Shown: piece by piece, positions 10,630-19,029 of the stretch | Layout of the letters: every line of letters begins with the position of its first letter | Numbering within the stretch: the stretch's first letter is position 1 | IMG/VR virus record: IMGVR_UViG_3300005529_000026 | Location: 30,357-94,356 of that record | Length of the DNA: 64,000 nt | From: a virus | Reading direction: 5' to 3' (one strand) | Position numbers and translations under genes: made by a program | Notes under the pieces: generated by a model | The model's input: the letters and a program-made list of their open reading frames with translations, nothing else | Told to the model about the DNA's origin: nothing | The model's database searches: none

Positions 10630-10797
10630 GATGTTTTCGATGTCCTCGATATTGACGAAGTTGCCGATACTTTCGGCACAAACAGAATACGCCTTCTCTG
10701 GATTTGCGAGTCGTAAAGGGAACACCTGATTTTCACCGAGATTTTTACTTAGTACGAAATTTGATAGAGAACGACGCTGGTATATTGACGACCCTTT

Positions 10798-11340
10798 ATG
10801 TCTCTTTCCTCGCAAGCTGCGCAGAGATACTTGGCTGTTTGGGGTGAAATGTTCACCCGCCTAGCGTTCAGCAAGAACGCTGGTAAAATTTACGCCCTGC
10901 TTTATTTGCATGGCAAACCGATGTCAGCCGACGATATCGTTAAAAATCTTCAAATAGCTCGCTCAACTTTTTCCATAGCCATTAAAGAGTTGGACGGGGC
11001 TGGCTTCCTGAAAAAGACAAGCGAGTTAGGCGTACGGCATGACCTGTTTCATGTTCCTAACGACCCTTGGGAGTTTATTCGCAGCGTTCTGATTCTGAGG
11101 AAACGACGGGATATTGACCCCTTTATCCTAGAGGCTAGGGAAATCCTAGACGATTGCGGTGACAAAGCGTTGCTTGAGAAAATAACAGGGATGTTGGAGG
11201 TTCAGGAGAGCATCAGCGATTTTTATGCGGAGATTCTCAAGCTCAGCAAAGACCGGGGTAAACACCTTTCCAAGCTGTCCGTCGAGGAACTTGAGCACTC
11301 GATAGACCGGCACCTTAAGCGAAATTCTAAAACCAAATAA
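10798..11340 (+). CDS. GbsR/MarR-family transcriptional regulator
   Basis: WGEM...AGKIYALLYL...MSADDIV..LQIARS..S.AIKEL winged-HTH signature. Confidence 0.8.
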   Translation: MSLSSQAAQRYLAVWGEMFTRLAFSKNAGKIYALLYLHGKPMSADDIVKNLQIARSTFSIAIKELDGAGFLKKTSELGVRHDLFHVPNDPWEFIRSVLILRKRRDIDPFILEAREILDDCGDKALLEKITGMLEVQESISDFYAEILKLSKDRGKHLSKLSVEELEHSIDRHLKRNSKTK

Positions 11341-11389
11341 AAAAGCCGGAGCCAGCTTTCGCTGACCCCGGCTCCTGTTTCCCTGTCCC

Positions 11390-11644
11390 TTAAGCTGCCG
11401 TTTGACGGTCGGACGACCCGCCAGCAGACTTCCGGCGCTTCCACGCCTCTTTCATTGCCTGAGAACGGCGCTTACGCTCCGCTGCGCTGAGCGGTTTGCG
11501 TTTTCCTGCCGGTCTCCCTACTCTACGCGGCCCAGAAGGAGGAGTATTGAGTGGCAAGCCTTCCACAGCGTCCATCGCGTTAAGAATGCGATTGATGCGG
11601 TCACGCTCGGCAATCAACTCCGATTTCATGCGTGCAATGTCCAT
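11390..11644 (-). CDS. Small basic DNA-binding-like protein
   Basis: N-terminal coiled coil, RVGRP AT-hook-like motif, LSAAERKRRSQAMKEAWKRRK. Resembles small proteins common in Acidobacteria (from memory). Confidence 0.6.
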   Translation of the reverse strand: MDIARMKSELIAERDRINRILNAMDAVEGLPLNTPPSGPRRVGRPAGKRKPLSAAERKRRSQAMKEAWKRRKSAGGSSDRQTAA

Positions 11645-11716
11645 CGCTACAAACTCCTTTCCGATAACGCTACGACGAACACCTTAACAGAGTGTTCGCA
11701 TAGTGTGCAAGGATTT

Positions 11717-12234
11717 TTAGTAACGACCTACAAAATTCCTTCCCTTTAGAGGCTCGATGTTCTCGCTAGGAGCGTCGTAGCACCAGCAAATCCCGTTCAC
11801 ATAATGCTTCCACCAGCACCATCCGCCCTCGGTATGAAACCCCCAGCTACGCTTTTTGCGGCTAGTAAACACTAGCGTCCAAGCCGTTTTTCCTACAGGA
11901 AGACGAAGTTTATGGGCCACTCGTGCGTCTCTATTACGGATGATAGTGCCCGGCCCATGCCACGTTTCAAACTGAGAATTGATGCTCTGCCCCTAGTCTC
12001 GAAGTACCCGCCCTTCAATATGATAGACGAGTAGTCCCAAGGATGGTCGTGCAAATGCCTGTCCTTGTCTGAGCGCAGAATGTGATGCAGGTAGATGCGC
12101 GGTTTGTATTCTCCCGGCGTCAGTTTTCCATTCCAAAGAAAGAACCGGCGAAGATAGACCTCTCCGGTCTCGTCATCCGTAATCTCTTGATACGGAATGA
12201 CTTTCATTAAGAATCTTTCAAACAAGCCAATCAA
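11717..12234 (-). pseudogene. Cupin-like phage protein split by a 1-nt frameshift (or sequencing error)
   Basis: HILRSD..HLHDHPW..GGYFE continues as WHGPG...HKLRL...WTLVF..WGF in another frame. One extra G in the run at 11990-11993 restores a 172-aa ORF. Confidence 0.65.
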
Positions 12235-12602
12235 AACCTCATCCTCCCACGCTTAGCAGCGACTAGAGCCTGAGCGCAGCGCTCGATAAACAACTCCAAC
12301 GCTATGTGCTCCGGCGAGTCTTCTTTCTGCTTGAAGCCACTGTCAAAGCCGCTGGCTGGCAGATGAAGAAGCTCGTGAACGAGAGTCACTTCTAAGTCGG
12401 TCACTCCCAGCCAGTTAGAGGGAATGTCATCTGAATTGCGCAGCAAAATGCGGGCTACTCGATTACTGCTGCTAGCTGAAATGTCTGCAAAGCCCTCAAC
12501 CTTATCGGTCATTCGTGCAAAACGAGCGGACACGTCCCAATCCTCTAGACGAAGACGCTGCTGCCATTCCCGGCACAAATCCTGAAGCTCTTGGTCGTTC
12601 AT
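12231..12602 (-). CDS. HExxH metallopeptidase-like protein
   Basis: WQQRLRLEDW and LVHELLH. Confidence 0.6.
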   Translation of the reverse strand: MNDQELQDLCREWQQRLRLEDWDVSARFARMTDKVEGFADISASSSNRVARILLRNSDDIPSNWLGVTDLEVTLVHELLHLPASGFDSGFKQKEDSPEHIALELFIERCAQALVAAKRGRMRF

Positions 12603-13474
12603 CGCCCTAGTTTCTCCATCAGCTTGTCAAAATTGGGCCGTTCAGCGTCATTCACGTCAATGTCACAGGTTTTGAGAAAATTTAGCAGCCACATGGCTTC
12701 GCTGTTGCTCAGCTTTTTGGCCTTCAGAATGTGCTCCTCGAATGCGCCCCAGACCTTCGGGTAGCATCGCTGCACAATTTCCCCGATGATGTTTGCGTAC
12801 TCACGAATCTCCCACTGAGCGTTAGGAGCCATACGTAGACGCATGAAGTGCATGAGGTTGTGCAAGTCCATTTGCCACACCATCTTTGAGTAGGTGCTTA
12901 GCGGCAGGTCAATCCGTGCGACTTCTTTTGCGATACCGTTGTCAAGAGAGCGCTGGTATTCCTCAAACACGCCGTTGACGTTGCACTCGTGCATGTGAAG
13001 AAAAATGTCCTTGTGAAGCTCAGCCACTTCCCCAGAACTGCCCTGCTTGTTAACCTTATCCTGCCCCTTAATGCGCTCTCGTGTGGGCGTGTAGACCTCA
13101 TTCGGAAGCTGTGTGTAGCGTCCTGACATCTCGTTCAGCTTGGCTGTACGGTGCCGGTGCCACTCACGGAACACGAAGATGGGAGCCTTGACCTCAAACA
13201 CCAGCGCAATCTGCTCGAAAGGTGATGTGTGCCCGTTTTCCATTAAGAAATTGATGAGCCGCTCATTACGCTCTGGCTCATCGAACGCAAAGCCCTTGTC
13301 GAAACTAGTCCGGGCCGCAGCTACAACCGTTTCATCAACGCCCATGTAATCCACGAGCGCTACGAAACCCTTATCTAGAACGGGCTGCTCTACTCCTAGG
13401 AGGCGTTCTGCTCCTTTGTTCACGATTCTGTTGGTGAATCGGAATCTGTTGGTGCTGCGAGTTTTCAATACCAT
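12599..13474 (-). CDS. thyX: FAD-dependent thymidylate synthase
   Basis: GHTSPFE, REWHRHR...NEMSGRY, KEVAR..LP, AQWEIR. Confidence 0.95.
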   Translation of the reverse strand: MVLKTRSTNRFRFTNRIVNKGAERLLGVEQPVLDKGFVALVDYMGVDETVVAAARTSFDKGFAFDEPERNERLINFLMENGHTSPFEQIALVFEVKAPIFVFREWHRHRTAKLNEMSGRYTQLPNEVYTPTRERIKGQDKVNKQGSSGEVAELHKDIFLHMHECNVNGVFEEYQRSLDNGIAKEVARIDLPLSTYSKMVWQMDLHNLMHFMRLRMAPNAQWEIREYANIIGEIVQRCYPKVWGAFEEHILKAKKLSNSEAMWLLNFLKTCDIDVNDAERPNFDKLMEKLGR

Positions 13475-13478
13475 TTCT

Positions 13479-13862
13479 TTACATAATCCTCGGCGGGGTC
13501 TGTTCCTCTGCGCTCACTGTCATCAGCAGTGTTCCATCCATCTCTTGACGTATATTGAACTGCCGACGAACGGAGTACGCCTCCGCAAGTGCGTTCGGGT
13601 AAATCGCAAGCTGCCCTCCGCAATGGATGGTCACGGCAATCAACGCGACCAGCAGCCTGTCCAGCAAAGATTCGGGTGTGTCCAGTTTTGGTGTGGGGTT
13701 AGTTGGTGATTTTTCCGGTGCCGCCGCACTTCCAGCAGTCGGTGTAGACGGGGAAGCATCCGGGGTTTTTCTTTGTGCCGTTGAGTTGTGTGCGGCCTGA
13801 GCCTTCGCACACCCAGCAGGAGCGTTCTTCTTGCGTCGTGACTTCTTTGGTTTCTGTGTCAT
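13479..13862 (-). CDS. Hypothetical protein
   Basis: Overlapping start/stop with neighbours. Confidence 0.5.
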   Translation of the reverse strand: MTQKPKKSRRKKNAPAGCAKAQAAHNSTAQRKTPDASPSTPTAGSAAAPEKSPTNPTPKLDTPESLLDRLLVALIAVTIHCGGQLAIYPNALAEAYSVRRQFNIRQEMDGTLLMTVSAEEQTPPRIM

Positions 13863-14215
13863 TCATTTTTTGGTGTTACTTCTACCCATCCCCAACCCAA
13901 GCGTTTCGTTATGCCAATGGCCCTTGCAGCGCCTTCGCTAAGGTCTAGCTGAAACTTGTCGTTCCACGGCCCACGGTCGTTGATGAGCACGATTACCGAC
14001 TTCCCGGTACGGAGACACTTCACCAGCAGCCGCGTGCCTAGGGGATACTTGCGGCTTGCTGCCGTCATTTTTTCGGGGTCGAAAATCGAGCCGTCAGCCG
14101 TTCGTCGGCCTGCGAATTTGCTGCCGTAGAAACTTGCCCGAACTCGCTCTGCTGCTGCATGTAGAGGGGCTGCAACGAGCAGAGCGAGAAGGAGCAGGAT
14201 TCTAGCCAACCGCAC
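13859..14215 (-). CDS. RlpA-like (DPBB) lytic transglycosylase with signal peptide
   Basis: ASFYG..F.GRRTADG..FD...TAA, INDRGP, DLSEGAA. Probable GTG start at 14215. Confidence 0.88.
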   Translation of the reverse strand: MRLARILLLLALLVAAPLHAAAERVRASFYGSKFAGRRTADGSIFDPEKMTAASRKYPLGTRLLVKCLRTGKSVIVLINDRGPWNDKFQLDLSEGAARAIGITKRLGWGWVEVTPKNE

Positions 14216-14462
14216 TCGAATTGCCTTCGAGTTGAGAGACGAGCTTGGTGCTATAACGCTTGGTTGGGCTGGGTTTGTAATAGCCTTCGGGATTGCCGTA
14301 CAGATGAGCCGGGCACGGAGTTGAGAACTCCTGATACGCGGCCTGTTCCCCGCACTGCTCACACGTCACAGGCTGCTCTCGTTCTTCCTCAGCCTGCCGG
14401 AACGTTGGGAAAAATCGCTCCGTGATGTGCCCCTTGAGGCATTTGTATTCGTGGATTGGCAC
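14202..14462 (-). CDS. FmdB-family zinc-ribbon protein
   Basis: MPIHEYKC..GH...CEQCG. Confidence 0.75.
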   Translation of the reverse strand: MPIHEYKCLKGHITERFFPTFRQAEEEREQPVTCEQCGEQAAYQEFSTPCPAHLYGNPEGYYKPSPTKRYSTKLVSQLEGNSSAVG

Positions 14463-14465
14463 GGT

Positions 14466-14774
14466 TTAAGCTCCGTCGTGCTCGTGGTCGTTGTTGTCTT
14501 GCGGCCCCGGCTCTGGGGGAGCAGGCGGTACAGCAGCCTGCTGGTTGCCGCTGGGAGGATGGGGTGCGGGAACAAATGCGCCGCCATCCGGGGTGAAAAC
14601 GAAATCTCGGTCGGTAGGCAGCCCAACGTCCCTCTTAACGTACTGAAGAAAATCGTGGAATGCAGCGTTGGCTCGCTGAAACTCAGCAAAGGCAGCGTTG
14701 TTAGCGTCTGCTAGCTCTTTTAGTTTCTCCCGCGCTGCGGGCCTTATTTCGTATCGTTCTGTGGTGTTATCCAT
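14466..14774 (-). CDS. Hypothetical protein
   Basis: ATG at 14774; fits operon packing. Confidence 0.5.
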   Translation of the reverse strand: MDNTTERYEIRPAAREKLKELADANNAAFAEFQRANAAFHDFLQYVKRDVGLPTDRDFVFTPDGGAFVPAPHPPSGNQQAAVPPAPPEPGPQDNNDHEHDGA

Positions 14775-15484
14775 ATCTGGTCGCTTCTCTCGTTGCTGAT
14801 TTTTAATGACTGCTGTCGTCGCCTTTCTTCCTCGGCAATCCAAGATGAACTTGTGTTTGTACCGTGGATGACGTAGCAACAGGTGGGCTTGCAGCCATAG
14901 CGCTTCACCCGGAACTTACGCATCGTTTCGGCCATCACTTCGTCATCAGGCCAACCCGTTGCAGCAGCCTTCATGTCCTTGATGTACTGTTCGGCAAACA
15001 CGCGGTTGAACAGGATGGCGTCGGACATCGCTAGCGTCGGGTTCTGATTCATCTCCGTCATTCGAGCTTGATATTGAGCATCTTGCGGGATAATCAGAGC
15101 CTCGAAATATTTCTGCGCTACAACGTCAACATCGTCCGTCATCTCCTTCTCCAAGGACTCGATGTGTTCCTCGTAGAAGAAATCGTCGTGGTCGAACTTG
15201 GTGAACAGTTCACACCCCTGCTCGAACAGGATTTCTAGCGGGGGCAGGTGGAAGTCTGGGTGTTGAATCGGGCCGGGCGACAGTTTGCCAATCACGACCG
15301 TGCCCCGCTCGCGCAACTTAGGGATGATGTCTCTCACAGCCCATGTGCTGCTGTTCGGCTGGTTGTTCATGTGAATTGCTAAAACATCCGGTTTCCGGGT
15401 CTGGTTCGCTATCTGAAGCAAACACATGCGCAAAAACATTGGATTGTTGTGATTAGCAACGTACACGCCTAGCTTCTTCATCAT
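14744..15484 (-). CDS. GT2-like glycosyltransferase
   Basis: N-terminal GT-A strand, QTRKPD, DHDD (DxD), WPDD, YVIHGTN. Confidence 0.7.
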   Translation of the reverse strand: MMKKLGVYVANHNNPMFLRMCLLQIANQTRKPDVLAIHMNNQPNSSTWAVRDIIPKLRERGTVVIGKLSPGPIQHPDFHLPPLEILFEQGCELFTKFDHDDFFYEEHIESLEKEMTDDVDVVAQKYFEALIIPQDAQYQARMTEMNQNPTLAMSDAILFNRVFAEQYIKDMKAAATGWPDDEVMAETMRKFRVKRYGCKPTCCYVIHGTNTSSSWIAEEERRRQQSLKISNERSDQIWITPQNDTK

Positions 15485-16197
15485 CTTCCTGCTTCACGGC
15501 TGCGCAACACGCGCAGCGCCTTGGCTGTGAACTCGTCTCTCATACCTAAGTAATTCGGGATGGAGCCGAACATTGAAACGCCGTTCTCCTTCAAATCAAT
15601 CGGCAGTTCTTCCCCGCGTAATGGATAAATGATGGGGTGGTTGCACAGCCCAATCAGGATGTCCTCGCCGTCGTAGATATACTTCTTGTCGTCTAGACGA
15701 ACTGCCGGTTCGACCGCCAGCATGTTGACGATGCTTTGGAATGACAGAAACTGCATGCGCCCTATGAACGCATCAACAGGGGTAGGGCGTTCGACAACGT
15801 GCGGCCACACATCCGTGCCGCGAGAGAATGAATCTTCCCGCAGGTTAACCCCACGAAAAGCGGTACACATGCTAGGTGTGGCGTATCGTTCTAAGGCTTC
15901 CAATGTTTTCGGCCCCACGGTGATATCGTCATCGCAGAGCAGGTAATAATCAGCAGGCTCTAGCATGGCCGCGCCATATTTTGCACGCGACGTGAAATTG
16001 GTGTTGCTGTCCACCACGGACACATCTGGGTAATCTCTTAACATCCCGACCGTGAGAACGGCAGGGTTGTTGTTGAAGACGATAATCTTGTCCGGCTTGC
16101 GGCTCCCTGCCAGCAGGTCACTGACGATGCGACGAACGTTACCAGAACGCTCCGGGTAGTAGTGGATAACGACCGCAACAATCTTATTTCCCTGCAT
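15481..16197 (-). CDS. GT2-like glycosyltransferase
   Basis: IIVFNN, LLCDDD (DxD), GED motif. Confidence 0.75.
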   Translation of the reverse strand: MQGNKIVAVVIHYYPERSGNVRRIVSDLLAGSRKPDKIIVFNNNPAVLTVGMLRDYPDVSVVDSNTNFTSRAKYGAAMLEPADYYLLCDDDITVGPKTLEALERYATPSMCTAFRGVNLREDSFSRGTDVWPHVVERPTPVDAFIGRMQFLSFQSIVNMLAVEPAVRLDDKKYIYDGEDILIGLCNHPIIYPLRGEELPIDLKENGVSMFGSIPNYLGMRDEFTAKALRVLRSREAGR

Positions 16198-17026
16198 AGT
16201 ATGCAATCGTCTCCGCGATGCCTTTTTCCAGCGGAATAAACTTGAACTCGCCCAGCGGTGCCAGTGTTCTAGGGTCACCTAGGACTGTGGATTTAGGAGG
16301 CTCTCCTTGGCGCATCGGAACGTGCTTGATGCGGCCTTTGCCAACCTGACGGATAACTTCTTCGGCAATCTGCTGCACGGTAGTGACGCGCCCGGTGCCA
16401 GCCTCGAACACGCGGTGATAAATGCCGTGCTCTGTTAGCAGCGCACGAGTCAAAACCTCAGCAACATCACGGACGTGAATCATGTCCATAACCTGTGAAC
16501 CATCTCCGTAGATGGTGATTTCTTCGTTGCGCAGAGCCGGAAGAATGAGATTCGGCATAATCTTGCGAACCGGCTCTGACTTCTGCCCCGGCCCGTAGGC
16601 GTTCAGCGCACGCACGACAGCAATTTTGGTGCCGCGCTCGCGGTTGAACATGAACGCGAACCGCTCAGCCGTGGTCTTGGTAATGCTGTAGGTATTGTTC
16701 ATCCAATGGTTGCCCACTGCGATGTATACGGCTTTCTTGCCGTAATGCTCAACCGCCTTGAAAACATTCAGCCCACCAAGAATGTTTGTCTCGACAGCAG
16801 GCTGCGGCTCCTTGATGGTCTCGGAGGTTCCTAGAACCCCGGCTAGATGAATCACGCCTTCCGTGATGGCGACCGCTTCAGAAACTGCCGTGTAGTCCCG
16901 CGTGTCGCCTAGAAAGTCTGTGGGCATCCGATGGTCGAACGAAATCGGAATGTGGCCCTGTTGCCGGAGGTTTGCCATGACGTGCTGACCAATAAAGCCA
17001 GCGCCGCCCGTTACTAAAATTCTCAT
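16184..17026 (-). CDS. NAD-dependent epimerase/dehydratase (GalE-like SDR)
   Basis: VTGGAGFIG, HLAG, YSITK (YxxxK), NAYGPGQ, GDGSQ. Confidence 0.92.
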   Translation of the reverse strand: MRILVTGGAGFIGQHVMANLRQQGHIPISFDHRMPTDFLGDTRDYTAVSEAVAITEGVIHLAGVLGTSETIKEPQPAVETNILGGLNVFKAVEHYGKKAVYIAVGNHWMNNTYSITKTTAERFAFMFNRERGTKIAVVRALNAYGPGQKSEPVRKIMPNLILPALRNEEITIYGDGSQVMDMIHVRDVAEVLTRALLTEHGIYHRVFEAGTGRVTTVQQIAEEVIRQVGKGRIKHVPMRQGEPPKSTVLGDPRTLAPLGEFKFIPLEKGIAETIAYYAGK

Positions 17027-17310
17027 TCAGTAGTTTCCTGTTGCTCGGCTAACTCTTGCTCGTAGAAATCGAGATTGACTAGCTCTCTTGCGCTGTAAGA
17101 CGTTTTCAAGGCTTCGAGAGCACTCTTTAACAAACCTGCCGCATACCAGTTACGGGTTTTTGTGGCTAGCGTTAAAGAGCGCTCCCAACCGTTCATTAGT
17201 TCCATGAAGAACTCAGCGCGAGTAAGTCTTTCTTGCGGGTCGTGCAGTTGAAACAGCGGCTCACGGTTAGCCTCTCGCTCGGCTTTCGCAATGCGTTCTT
17301 CGTTGGTCAT
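17023..17310 (-). CDS. Hypothetical protein
   Basis: Translationally coupled (ATGA overlaps). Confidence 0.5.
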   Translation of the reverse strand: MTNEERIAKAEREANREPLFQLHDPQERLTRAEFFMELMNGWERSLTLATKTRNWYAAGLLKSALEALKTSYSARELVNLDFYEQELAEQQETTE

Positions 17311-17484
17311 TGCACCTTCATAACGGCGTTGACCTTTGCGACTGCCACGGCCTTGGGGTTGTCTTTCAGGTGCATGCGAACAAAGCGCGTGCCGACCGCC
17401 ATTACGATGTAAAGCAGGCCATCATCTAGACACTTAACTGTGTCTCCCGGCGCTGGCTTCAGTGCATGACGGTCTGCGTTTTGC

Positions 17485-17952
17485 TCAATAACTCTGACTC
17501 GAAAAGACATTGCCGTGTGCCCTGTAAATTTGCAGTACCTTCTCGGCTCGCTGCGGGTCTGTTGACCAATGCTTCGAGACTTCACGCACGAATTCCTCGC
17601 CCGATGTGGCGACGAGGGCTTCACCGTAGATGCTCGGAAGACGATTGAGCGTGTTCATGCGCTCACGAAAAGCTGTAAGCCAGTCGGGGTACTTCGGCCA
17701 CAGCGCGTTCTGCGTCACCCACTGACCATGCAGATATTCCTTGGTTGGCATGTTGATGAGCGGATACGGATTAGGCCCGCGTGTTGCCGCTTTCAACCCG
17801 AACAGGTTGTTGCAAAGAACGGCTAGCTTGGACGTTCCCCACGCCGATTCGAGGGCGGCTTCGCACGCCGCGTGAGCAGGGAAGATGTGCCCCGATGCTT
17901 GCGCTGCGGAAAAGGCTTTATTCAGAAAAGCATCTAGCTCTTGTCTGCTCAT
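17485..17952 (-). CDS. GH73 glucosaminidase (FlgJ-like cell wall hydrolase)
   Basis: AALESAWG.S, NNLFGLK, TKEY, WSTDP. Confidence 0.88.
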   Translation of the reverse strand: MSRQELDAFLNKAFSAAQASGHIFPAHAACEAALESAWGTSKLAVLCNNLFGLKAATRGPNPYPLINMPTKEYLHGQWVTQNALWPKYPDWLTAFRERMNTLNRLPSIYGEALVATSGEEFVREVSKHWSTDPQRAEKVLQIYRAHGNVFSSQSY

Positions 17953-18218
17953 TAGAAGTTGTAGGCTTCCCCGTTTTTGCCCTTCCACTCAAGGTGGTTC
18001 CAGCCAGCCGGAATGTAGTGACTGACGCCGTTCGCATCAATGATGCGGTGCGAATCTCCGTTAAGTTTGCGTTTTACGTTCAGCTTTAAGGGGTCGTAAA
18101 TCGTGACCGCGCTACCGTCGGGGAAGTGATAAGTGCGGTAAGATTCGTTGGAGATGTCGGCAAACTCCAACGCGATTGGATTGCCTTTATTGGTGGAAAC
18201 TTCTTTAGTTACGTCCAT
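17952..18218 (-). CDS. Hypothetical phage protein
   Basis: DIS.E.YR.Y.F...SHRI.D..G..HYIP.GW pattern seen in phage proteins. Confidence 0.6.
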   Translation of the reverse strand: MDVTKEVSTNKGNPIALEFADISNESYRTYHFPDGSAVTIYDPLKLNVKRKLNGDSHRIIDANGVSHYIPAGWNHLEWKGKNGEAYNF

Positions 18219-18227
18219 GTTCCTTCC

Positions 18228-18596
18228 TTACTTTTTCTGATTTTCTCTGTCCCTGCACACTGTGCAGAGATAACGCCGGTACAGAGGGTCAGGTTCAAAC
18301 GTCTCAATGTGTTCAGCAGCACGAGTGCATTTCCAATCGCACCCGGACTGGCACAGCAGTGATTCCCCAGCGCTGCTTAGCTTCGTTTTGTCCTCACCAG
18401 ACAAAGGCTCAATCACGAACTCTGCTTTTCGTGCCTTGATGCTCAGGAGCCGAACTTGAAACGCCAGCAGGCGTTCGTGCAGCGTGAGTCGGCGCTTCCT
18501 TAGCTCTGGCGTCTTCGTCTCGGCCACAGGCTGCGCAGCGGCTAGGTCTGTGGGCATAGAGTTGAGTGTTTCGTTGACGGCTGAAGTGATGTCCAT
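18228..18596 (-). CDS. Zinc-finger-containing protein
   Basis: C-terminal Cys cluster and CTVC. Confidence 0.5.
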   Translation of the reverse strand: MDITSAVNETLNSMPTDLAAAQPVAETKTPELRKRRLTLHERLLAFQVRLLSIKARKAEFVIEPLSGEDKTKLSSAGESLLCQSGCDWKCTRAAEHIETFEPDPLYRRYLCTVCRDRENQKK

Positions 18597-18841
18597 TAAA
18601 TCCTCATGCCCTGCCCCGGCATCGGGGGTGGCATTTCTCTGAGGTTGATTTTCGGCAGGTCTACAGGCCGATATCGCATGGTCTGAAGTTGTTCAGATGT
18701 TGCCCCGCCTAGAAGCTCGTCATCGCCGTAGGGAGATGGGGCACTCAGCGAGTACCCCATTTCCTCAAACGTAGGACGCTGCCCTAGATACCGCGCAGCG
18801 AAAGCGATGACAGCGGCGAGTAGCAGTACCGCTATCAGCAT
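18596..18841 (-). CDS. Small membrane-anchored protein
   Basis: N-terminal hydrophobic helix; GGAG RBS. Confidence 0.5.
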   Translation of the reverse strand: MLIAVLLLAAVIAFAARYLGQRPTFEEMGYSLSAPSPYGDDELLGGATSEQLQTMRYRPVDLPKINLREMPPPMPGQGMRI

Positions 18842-19029
18842 TTGTTCTCCTTAGCGGCCAGCCAGCGCGAGGAACACGAGCATCAGCACTGCTCCGATGG
18901 CGAGGCCGATGTACGTCCACTTGCTGCTTTTCTTGCCGCTGAAACGAACCGTGGGTTCGCTCTTTTCCTGTTCGCCCGTTACGGGCGGATTAGTATTCAC
19001 TTCCATACAATTTGTTCTCCTGTCTACAG

